A DNA stretch of 25,728 nucleotides from a virus (taxonomy: Duplodnaviria > Caudoviricetes): positions 1 to 25,728 of IMG/VR virus record IMGVR_UViG_3300042143_000002, one strand, 5' to 3'. The notes beneath the pieces were generated by a model. That model searched no databases. It was not told the DNA's origin and saw only the letters and a program-made list of their open reading frames with translations. The translations under genes and the position numbers were made by a program. Below are positions 16,033 through 23,125 of the stretch, piece after piece; the first letter of the stretch is position 1, and every line of letters begins with the position of its first letter.

Positions 16033-17898
16033 TTAGGTGGTGATAGCTATTTGACAAGGCGTATCGTTTTCCTTTGTCCGCTTGATTACAGTTACCCCGC
16101 CAGCATGGGTCATTACAGCCCTGCGTCTGCGGTTTTCTGGCGGCACATCTGCCGAGGTGGTATATTGGGTGCCCATTACACTTGTGCCTATATCAGGCAA
16201 ATCAGTTATAGCCGTAGCAGTCTTACCGCTCCGCAATGGCTCAGGCGTTGCTATATTCCCGCCTTCGCTGGTGAACAGGTCGATTATTATATCAGTATCG
16301 TTTGCCTGAATGATATGCTTGAATGCTGCTCTATGAGAGTAGTCTCTTACCCACTCCTTCACCATCGTCCAACTACCGGCTATACAGCTCCAAAGTTCCG
16401 CATCCTGCTCACTGCCTGTATTGTAATACAGGATAGCACTGTGGCCATCGGCAGAAATGGTAATGCCTTCATAGCCGTCAGAGTAGTCTCTTACCCAATG
16501 TTTCACCATCGTCCAACTGCCGGTTATACAACTCCAAAGCTCCGCATCCCACACACTGCCTGTATAGTAATGCACAGTAGCAGTACGGCCATCAGCAGAA
16601 ATGGTGTAGCCGTGATAACTGTAAGAATCGGTACTTACCCAATGTTTCACCATCGTCCAACTGCCGGTTATACAACTCCAAAGTTCCGCATCCCACACAC
16701 TGCCTGTATAGTAATACAGAATAACAGTACGGCCATCAGCAGAAATGGCACTTTGTTCATAGCCGTAATAGTAGCCGCTTACCCAGTGTTTCACCATCAG
16801 CCAACTACCACTCACACAACTCCAAAGCTCCGCATTCAACACACTGCCTGTGTGAAAATGTACAGTAGCAGTACGGCCGTCGGCAGAAATGGTACTGCCG
16901 TAAAAAGTGTAAGAGCCGGCGCTTACCAAGCTATCAATCATCGTCCAACTGCCGGCTATACAACTCCAAAGCTCAACGTCCCGCTCCTCGATACCTGTAT
17001 GATAATACAGAATAACAGTACGGCCATCAGCAGAAATGGCATAGTCATAATAAGTGGTATCGTAGTCTTTTTCCCAGTGTTTCACCATCAGCCAACTACC
17101 GGTTGCACAACTCCAAAGCTCAACGTCCCACACGTTGTCTGTCCGGTAATTCACAGTAGCAGTACGGCCGTCGGCAGAAATGGTACTGCTGTAAAAAGTG
17201 GTATCGTCAGTGCCTACCCAGTGTTTCACCATCAGCCAACTACCACTCACACAACTCCAAAGCTCAAGGTGGGAAGCGCCGCCTGTATAGTAATTAATAA
17301 CGGCACTGCGGTTATCGGCAGAAAGGCTGTGGGTATAATAAGGATAATAATAACTATCTACCCACTTCTTTATCATCAGCCAACTACCGGTTGCACAACT
17401 CCAAAGCTCAATGTTTTCCGTGCTGCTTGTATAGTAAGGCACAACGACACTGATATGATTAGCGAGGGAAGGAGAAGATTGGAGAACGGGCATTGCCTGA
17501 CCAACATAATACCCTGCAACAGCGGGGTCATTATTCTCTGCATAATACCAATATCCCCCATCCTTGTAGACGATAAACGCTGTCTCATGAGCACTAACTA
17601 ACGTCGCGCCTTCGATATTGAATATCTCTTCCCAGCAATAATTACCCTCCCACTCCTTCTTCTTCTCCGGCACAAATGATGGACTCCAAATCTTCACAAA
17701 GCTCATGCCGTGACAGGTGCTTGCCACGATTACCGAACCGTCTCTGAGCGTTCGCCGCATGACATTCTGCTTCAAATCCTGGAATCCTGCCTGGTTTTCC
17801 GCAAGGCTCAACAGGCTATCGGCCACGCCGATATAAGTTCCAGCAAGGTCTTTGTTGCCTTGCAGCGATATTTTCTTAGGAATTTTCCGAAAAGCCAT
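16033..17898 (-). CDS. Repeat protein (621 aa) with eight 48-aa ELWSC repeats, probable beta-propeller receptor-binding/tail appendage
   Basis: Non-repetitive N-terminal ~160 aa, then eight ELWSC units; seven carry an (I/L)SAD(G/N) motif typical of propeller blades. Overlaps the upstream gene by 23 nt. Confidence 0.75.
   Translation of the reverse strand: MAFRKIPKKISLQGNKDLAGTYIGVADSLLSLAENQAGFQDLKQNVMRRTLRDGSVIVASTCHGMSFVKIWSPSFVPEKKKEWEGNYCWEEIFNIEGATLVSAHETAFIVYKDGGYWYYAENNDPAVAGYYVGQAMPVLQSSPSLANHISVVVPYYTSSTENIELWSCATGSWLMIKKWVDSYYYPYYTHSLSADNRSAVINYYTGGASHLELWSCVSGSWLMVKHWVGTDDTTFYSSTISADGRTATVNYRTDNVWDVELWSCATGSWLMVKHWEKDYDTTYYDYAISADGRTVILYYHTGIEERDVELWSCIAGSWTMIDSLVSAGSYTFYGSTISADGRTATVHFHTGSVLNAELWSCVSGSWLMVKHWVSGYYYGYEQSAISADGRTVILYYYTGSVWDAELWSCITGSWTMVKHWVSTDSYSYHGYTISADGRTATVHYYTGSVWDAELWSCITGSWTMVKHWVRDYSDGYEGITISADGHSAILYYNTGSEQDAELWSCIAGSWTMVKEWVRDYSHRAAFKHIIQANDTDIIIDLFTSEGGNIATPEPLRSGKTATAITDLPDIGTSVMGTQYTTSADVPPENRRRRAVMTHAGGVTVIKRTKENDTPCQIAITT
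16337..17409 (-). repeat. Intragenic tandem repeat, ~7.5 units of 144 bp
   Basis: Anchor ca(a/g)ctccaaag at 16385, 16529, 16673, 16817, 16961, 17108, 17252 and 17396 (period 144, once 147). 16490-16571 and 16634-16715 differ at 1 of 82 nt. Confidence 0.97.
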
Positions 17899-19276
17899 GG
17901 CTCCGCCCGATAAAAAGACAATCGACCTGACCTACCGAGAATGATTTACCGGACTTGTTGCTGAGCTTGTAACTCCAGAACCGGCGATGCTCTGATCTCC
18001 CTATCGGCACACGCCGCCGCTGATCTACCCCTGCCACACCCGAACCGGCAATAAGAAACGCCTTGGGACTGCCGCTCTCGCCGGCGATGGTAAGGATCAT
18101 ATCGCCGCTTGACCGGAATCCGAAGTACATGAACCTGATATGCTTGGGCTTGTCGCTCCCGAAGTCGGTAGTCGCAGGGACAAACCACGCCTGAATCTCA
18201 GCCCCGCCGTCCGTCTCGCCTTCCATCGAGGCAAGCCCGCCGTTCCCCGCCATCAGAATATAGTCGCCACACTTGCACATGGCACTGAACGGAATATTGC
18301 TCAACCTCGTCGCTGCCTTTGAGGCCACGTTGTAGAAAAGGCCAGTGCCGTCGTTGTAGAGCTGGAAGATGTCAAGGCCATTAACCACACCAGCACCGAT
18401 AGCGACAGACGGGACAACGGGTAAAACCGTGTCTTTCGTGAGATTATAGAAGGCCCCGCTCGGACTGCCGACGCATAGGCCCATGGTAGAGTTCCATGCC
18501 GCATACTCACCAGGCTCCTGAAACCCCAGATTGAACCCGCTTATCGTCTGAGCGCAACCCGACCACTCAAGAGCAGGGTAGGAGGCAACCAGTATCAACT
18601 CGAAGTCTTTAGGCTCTCGGCCCTTCAAAAAATATGTCGCGGACAGCGTAGAAATAAACATCCCGCCGTCAACAGGCCGCATCATAACGACCGTGCTGTC
18701 AAGCTGGAGCGTTGACCCGTGCAGGTCGAACCATGAATATGCAAACGGCTCCGAGAAGGTTATCCGGTTGTCTATGGATAAGAATATCCGGCTTGCGTGA
18801 AAGGCGATATGCCTTGCCGGAAATGGGCCGGAGAAATCCTTGTTGGTGTCAGGGCCAATGTAAGGAAGCGAAGTCCACAACTTCGACCCGCCACCGCCCG
18901 TAACGATTCCGTACTTGGAGGCAGAGGTGTAATAGATGTCGTTGCCGACCTGGGCGAAGCCCACATGGTCAACACCCGCAAAGCCGGTCGCAACAGTTGA
19001 AAGGGTGCCAGGGCTGGCCTTGTCGAGACGAAAGAGTGAATCCTCTTTCACCATCAGGCAATCGCCGGTATAGCAAAACAGGCTGTGACAGTTCCCAGAG
19101 GCCAGCGACACATACCCTTTTCTGGTCTCAATGCGCCGCCCTGAATCGCTTACCGTCACATTGACAGCCTCGGCAAGTGCGGTAATCCCCGACTCAGCGT
19201 CAAACGGAATCTCGTCAGGGGCCATGGTGTCATAAAGCCCAGTCGTCCCCCTGAAAATCGGGGTTATCCCGCTCAT
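17876..19276 (-). CDS. Tail nozzle/packaged-DNA stabilization-like protein (466 aa)
   Basis: Beta-rich; N-terminal 'ALAEAVNV...IETRKGY' and C-terminal 'TDFGSDKPKHIRFMY' patterns resemble podovirus tail tubular B/P22 gp10-like proteins. Follows the adaptor with an ATGA overlap. Confidence 0.6.
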   Translation of the reverse strand: MSGITPIFRGTTGLYDTMAPDEIPFDAESGITALAEAVNVTVSDSGRRIETRKGYVSLASGNCHSLFCYTGDCLMVKEDSLFRLDKASPGTLSTVATGFAGVDHVGFAQVGNDIYYTSASKYGIVTGGGGSKLWTSLPYIGPDTNKDFSGPFPARHIAFHASRIFLSIDNRITFSEPFAYSWFDLHGSTLQLDSTVVMMRPVDGGMFISTLSATYFLKGREPKDFELILVASYPALEWSGCAQTISGFNLGFQEPGEYAAWNSTMGLCVGSPSGAFYNLTKDTVLPVVPSVAIGAGVVNGLDIFQLYNDGTGLFYNVASKAATRLSNIPFSAMCKCGDYILMAGNGGLASMEGETDGGAEIQAWFVPATTDFGSDKPKHIRFMYFGFRSSGDMILTIAGESGSPKAFLIAGSGVAGVDQRRRVPIGRSEHRRFWSYKLSNKSGKSFSVGQVDCLFIGRSHGFSENS

Positions 19277-19929
19277 AGAAACTCACCCACAACAACCGGC
19301 GCATCAGGCAACGACACGCCATCCCTGATATACCGCTCCAGGTAATCGAGCATGGCCATCATCTGCCTGTAATGGAAATTGGTATTAACCTTGTCGCCTT
19401 CGGTGCCGTCCTCAATCCGTGAGAATATATTGTAACAAACACGGTGAAGCAGTATCTCAAAATAAGCAGGAGGAAGCCCGTCCGGCTCGTCAATGTCAGA
19501 GGTCATGTCAACCGGCAGCCGGTGATACCTGATAGTCAGGCTTTCCGGTTGTTCGGGGATTTTGGCATATACAAGGCTCTTGCCGGACGGTGCAACCGCT
19601 GTAACCCTGTTGCCAGTCTCGGTCAGTGTGCCGCCAAAGTGCGACGCTAACGCCGCCACGCTCCCAAACAGTTTTATCTCGCCAGGGTGCGCCGCCTGAT
19701 CGGTAGCCGTCACCCTGAACAGATTGCGGTGGAAGTTGTCAGGAAGCTGGAGCGTATTGACGGAAGCGATTGTGGTTACCGTCGCCGACGTTTCAAGATC
19801 GGGCAGTATAAGCATGGAAGCCACGTACTGCATGGCCTTGTTCAGCATAACAAGTATCATGTCTTCATCGTACCGTGAATCAAGCACAATGTCGGAAATT
19901 TCCTCAATAAGCTCTCCAGCAGTCGCCAT
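19273..19929 (-). CDS. Head-tail adaptor / tail tubular A-like protein (218 aa)
   Basis: MATAGELIEEI...LN.AM; LPDNF; LTIRYHRLP; P.GLPPAYFEILL: typical of podoviral adaptor proteins. AAGGAG RBS. Confidence 0.7.
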   Translation of the reverse strand: MATAGELIEEISDIVLDSRYDEDMILVMLNKAMQYVASMLILPDLETSATVTTIASVNTLQLPDNFHRNLFRVTATDQAAHPGEIKLFGSVAALASHFGGTLTETGNRVTAVAPSGKSLVYAKIPEQPESLTIRYHRLPVDMTSDIDEPDGLPPAYFEILLHRVCYNIFSRIEDGTEGDKVNTNFHYRQMMAMLDYLERYIRDGVSLPDAPVVVGEFL

Positions 19930-19935
19930 GTCCAG

Positions 19936-20289
19936 TTACTCCTTCGTTTCGTCGTGCAGCTCGGCCCATGCCTGATCGAAAACCACAGACTCAACCTTAC
20001 CTCCGCACAGCTTATTAAGAGCGGTCTTGTCTGGGAGTCCGGCCTTGGTGAAATCGCCTTCCTGCTGGCGGATAAGCATGGCCTTTATCGCGTCTTTCAC
20101 CACATCAACGGTGATACCGCTTTCTTTCTCGGGTCCAGCAATATTCGCCATGTCCTCAGAAATACAACCGAGCGCATAGGCAGCGGGTGCCATGTCGTCG
20201 GGCAGCTCGGCCCATTCCTCAGAGATTAAAGCAATCCGTCCGTCCGTAAGCGCAATCCGTTGACAGCCTTTTCGTGACCTGAATTTCAT
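19936..20289 (-). CDS. Hypothetical phage protein (117 aa)
   Basis: AGGAG RBS; tightly packed in the operon; C-terminal DFTKAGLP...AL...G..V...D.AW helical motif. Confidence 0.8.
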   Translation of the reverse strand: MKFRSRKGCQRIALTDGRIALISEEWAELPDDMAPAAYALGCISEDMANIAGPEKESGITVDVVKDAIKAMLIRQQEGDFTKAGLPDKTALNKLCGGKVESVVFDQAWAELHDETKE

Positions 20290-20317
20290 ATTATCACTCC
20301 TGATTGGTTAAGTTGAG

Positions 20318-20347
20318 AGACGACCACGCCTTTCAACGTGGTCGTCT
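20318..20347. other. Intergenic hairpin (11-bp perfect stem)
   Basis: agacgaccacg-cctttcaa-cgtggtcgtct just past the stop of 20353..20748. There is no U-tract, so it is a stabiliser/processing site or a weak terminator. Confidence 0.65.
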
Positions 20348-20352
20348 GGTGG

Positions 20353-20748
20353 TTATCCCTGATTGGTCATGGAGCGGCCAATCACAATATAGTTCACAGT
20401 CAGACGAGCCTTACCTGCGGTCGGGGCAGCACCTACACCCGTCCAGGTGATAGTCACGTTGCCGACAGTGGTCATCTCCTTTCCGCTGGTAGCCATTACA
20501 CCCACATATCCAACAACATGAATACTGGCAGATGCCATCAGCACATCAGCGTTAGGGGCAGTAATGACAGCCACGTCAGAGGTTGCAGAGTTAAATGCAG
20601 TGATAGCGGCAAGGAATCCGCCAACTACTACCGCACCGATGGGAAGCTCAATCGCACTGGCAGCCACACCAGATGTAATATCGCCAAAGTTAATATCGAC
20701 GGTTGCCGACAAAATATCCTGCCGGTTGGATTTTTTCGTAATAGCCAT
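20353..20748 (-). CDS. Small capsid-associated (decoration/cement-like) protein, 131 aa
   Basis: Directly downstream of the major capsid gene. Small beta-rich A/T/V/G protein (IELPIGAVVVGG...AGKARLTVNYI). AAGGAG RBS. Confidence 0.65.
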   Translation of the reverse strand: MAITKKSNRQDILSATVDINFGDITSGVAASAIELPIGAVVVGGFLAAITAFNSATSDVAVITAPNADVLMASASIHVVGYVGVMATSGKEMTTVGNVTITWTGVGAAPTAGKARLTVNYIVIGRSMTNQG

Positions 20749-20762
20749 GTCCGTTTCTCCTT

Positions 20763-20798
20763 AAAAAGAAAAGAGTAGGGTGAGAACCCTCACCCTAC
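20763..20798 (-). terminator. Rho-independent terminator after major capsid gene
   Basis: Minus strand GTAGGGTGAG-GGTT-CTCACCCTAC (10-bp stem, 20775-20798) followed by TCTTTTCTTTTT. Confidence 0.85.
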
Positions 20799-20810
20799 AA
20801 TATTTTGTGA

Positions 20811-21914
20811 TTAGCCGAGGTAATGGTTAATCCCGAGTACGCCGAAGTCCTCAACCTGCTTATCATAGATTGAATAGAACTTAGGCTTAACGAGGCCGAA
20901 CATCTTGTCGATGTTGATACCTACCTGAGAATCGTACTGGAAGGTTTTCTCGCACCAGTCCGGAGTACCAAGATCAGCCATGCCAAGAGCCTGTGCCCCG
21001 CAAAGCAGGGAACGAGTGCCGTTGATGTTGCTGCCTGCGCCCCACTTGGAACCGAGGGCCGCACCAACAGTGTTGAATACCAGGCGATGCTCGTGGATGA
21101 CAACGCCGTCAATGGTGACGGTACCGCCGGTAAACCATGGAGAATCCATGCCGGACTTGGCCGCAACGCTCACGACGGCACGCTGGTAATCTGCGTCCTT
21201 TTTGAGTGCGCCCAGGGTGCCCGGTTTTACCAGCAGGACGTAATACTCCTTGCCGCCGCTCATAAGCGGTTTGATATAATGATCTTTGGCGAAAGCTGCC
21301 ACGTCAACGATCATCTTATAGGTTGGCAAGTAGGTTGCTGCCACAGCTCCAGTGTTCGCGGCCTCAATCGCCGAACCGTTCCAGTTGACGCAACGGTTGG
21401 CGGTCGGGGCTGAAACATCAGCCGCAAATGACAGGCTCGGAAGCGGGCTATCAACACGAGGCGAGCCGTCGTTATTGAAAGCGTAGCTCACGCCTGACAT
21501 TGTGAGGAAAGCTAACTGGTCGATTCTATTAGACAACCAATAACTTAGCCGTGTCTGCCCATGTTCGCGGAACTGAACAACGCTCTTCTGATCTGACATT
21601 TTACCCTTGTTCCGCACACCATGAGAAAGGAGATCAATATTGATTTCCTCTGAATAAGCCATCATCTCTTCCTCATTCCCTTCCCGCTCGTTATCGCCGA
21701 CAACACCGTCCTTAACCAGGTCTGCCACAAGGTGCATTATGCAGCGCTCGCCTTTCTCAGTTTTTGTAGGTTGGGTGATGCGCTGAATCATAGAATCAGA
21801 GCCCGTTCCGAGGAAGCGTTTGATGAACATTTGATCTCTGGCTGCTTCCCAGGTATCCCGCGACCATACTGCTTTTTCTTGCGGCATTAGAGCCGCAAAG
21901 TTTGTATCTGCCAT
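20811..21914 (-). CDS. Major capsid protein, N4-gp56/DUF4043 family (367 aa)
   Basis: MADTNFAAL...WSRDTW..ARD..FI..F.G.G..SMIQRIT...KGER....LVADL..DGVVGDN..EGNEE; LLCGAQAL; C-terminal EDFGV. Position after the scaffold gene. Confidence 0.9.
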   Translation of the reverse strand: MADTNFAALMPQEKAVWSRDTWEAARDQMFIKRFLGTGSDSMIQRITQPTKTEKGERCIMHLVADLVKDGVVGDNEREGNEEEMMAYSEEINIDLLSHGVRNKGKMSDQKSVVQFREHGQTRLSYWLSNRIDQLAFLTMSGVSYAFNNDGSPRVDSPLPSLSFAADVSAPTANRCVNWNGSAIEAANTGAVAATYLPTYKMIVDVAAFAKDHYIKPLMSGGKEYYVLLVKPGTLGALKKDADYQRAVVSVAAKSGMDSPWFTGGTVTIDGVVIHEHRLVFNTVGAALGSKWGAGSNINGTRSLLCGAQALGMADLGTPDWCEKTFQYDSQVGINIDKMFGLVKPKFYSIYDKQVEDFGVLGINHYLG

Positions 21915-21964
21915 GATAAAGCTCCATTAAAAAAAGGTTAGAATTGATTAAACTTCTGTCTTTC

Positions 21965-22077
21965 TCGAAATGTCGCTTTCAAGGTTGCGGAATCGGGCTT
22001 AACGCTCCCGAGCGGCCATCATTTAACGCCATGATAGCAGGGCTGTTTTTCGCTTTATGAAAGGGTGCGGCCCTTTT
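21965..22077 (-). promoter_or_regulatory. Structured leader of capsid gene: three tandem pseudoknot-like units plus a hairpin
   Basis: TGCT-ATCAT-GGCG-TTAA-ATGAT (22039-22018); CGCT-CGGG-AGCG-TTAAG-CCCG (22014-21994); CGC-AACC-TTGAAA-GCG-ACA-TTTCGA (21989-21965); AAAGGG-CCGCA-CCCTTT hairpin upstream. Confidence 0.55.
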
Positions 22078-22090
22078 TTCAGAAGAATGC

Positions 22091-23047
22091 TTACAGATTG
22101 TCGCCCCGCAATGCCTTCTTCTCTCGCTGTGTGAGTTTTGAAAACTCATCGTCGCTCATTTGCTCAACCTTTGTCGGTGCGGTCGAACCTGCGGCCCTGT
22201 TGCCGACCCCGCCCATTCGTGGTGGCTGACGTGCTGCCATTGCTTCTTTCCTTAGCAGGTTCGCATTACCGGCCCCTGCTTTGGCTGACCGACTGCTATC
22301 AGTGTCGGCTACCTCGTAACCATACATCTTTGCGACCTTGGCAAGTGCAGAGTCCATTGCTTCAAGTCGAGTGGCACCTTTGGCGAGCATATTGTCCCGC
22401 AACAAACCAAACGTCTCAATCGCCTCCGCATCGCCACCCTCGCCCAGGAACGGGTACGTCGCGGCAATCTTTTCAGCGTGTTGCACCGCTGTATCATATT
22501 CTTTTTGGGCTTCGGCCTTGGTCTTCGTCTCGTTGACTGTCCGCTCTGCTATCTCCCCAGCCCTAATCTCAACCTGCCGCGCCCGTGCATCTTCGATTTC
22601 CCCAGAAAGTTTGTCATACAACTCTTCGTCGCCGTCAATGAGTGCGTCCATGGATTGCCTGGTCTTTGCGGCGATCTCCTTCGCCAACGCTTTCAAATCT
22701 GTGTCCGGCTGCTGTTTATTGTCGTCACTATGACTTTCTTCGTCGGCTTTACCTCGTTCCGCTCTCAACGCCTCAAGCTCTTGTTCAGCCTGTTTCATCC
22801 GTGCGTTTACTTCGTCGAATCGGGCCTTCGGGATGCTGATATTCTGCCCCTTGCGTGATTCTCCGGTGTCCTCACTATCCTCTGCCGCTTCGTCAGCCTC
22901 TTTTTCGTCCGGCTCGGCCTTGGCTGTCTCGTCGCCTTCGTCGTCGCCCTCCAGGAAATCACCACGCATCCTTGCGTGATCTTCTGCGCTGGTTTGTCCC
23001 TCGGCCTCTACTGCGTCCACATCAATTACTTCATCCGCATCACTCAT
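22091..23047 (-). CDS. Capsid scaffolding protein (318 aa)
   Basis: Acidic N-terminus, IPKARFDEVN motif, coiled coil, C-terminal MSDDEFSKL...LRGD. Lies between portal and capsid. Confidence 0.85.
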   Translation of the reverse strand: MSDADEVIDVDAVEAEGQTSAEDHARMRGDFLEGDDEGDETAKAEPDEKEADEAAEDSEDTGESRKGQNISIPKARFDEVNARMKQAEQELEALRAERGKADEESHSDDNKQQPDTDLKALAKEIAAKTRQSMDALIDGDEELYDKLSGEIEDARARQVEIRAGEIAERTVNETKTKAEAQKEYDTAVQHAEKIAATYPFLGEGGDAEAIETFGLLRDNMLAKGATRLEAMDSALAKVAKMYGYEVADTDSSRSAKAGAGNANLLRKEAMAARQPPRMGGVGNRAAGSTAPTKVEQMSDDEFSKLTQREKKALRGDNL

Positions 23048-23122
23048 GGTTTTTATCGTCCTCCCAGACGGTAGCCGCCTTAATCGCTGGCGTAGCGTTC
23101 CACAATTTCGCTTGTGGGGCGA
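23047..23122 (-). promoter_or_regulatory. Structured leader of scaffold gene: three tandem pseudoknot-like units, the last covering the RBS
   Basis: CGC-C-CCACAA-GCG-AAA-TTGTGG (23121-23100); CGCT-A-CGCC-AGCG-ATTAA-GGCG (23097-23076); CGTC-TGG-GAG-GACG-ATAAAAA-CCA (23070-23047), which contains GGAGG. Confidence 0.55.
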
Positions 23123-23125
23123 TGG

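Noticed and set aside
16337-17409. CRISPR-like array (conserved blocks with variable inserts)
   Set aside because: The period is 144 bp, a multiple of 3, within an open reading frame. The conserved blocks are degenerate and no cas genes are present.
16021-17601. 526-aa plus-strand ORF antisense to the repeat gene
   Set aside because: It is in exact codon register with the sense gene, so it stays open simply because TTA/CTA/TCA codons are absent, which the repeats and NNY bias amplify. It opposes the operon and I saw no convincing RBS.
22060-22079. aaaggg-tgcgg-ccctttttt as the terminator of a plus-strand gene
   Set aside because: No credible plus-strand gene ends here. Kept only as part of the structured capsid leader, though it might stop antisense transcription.
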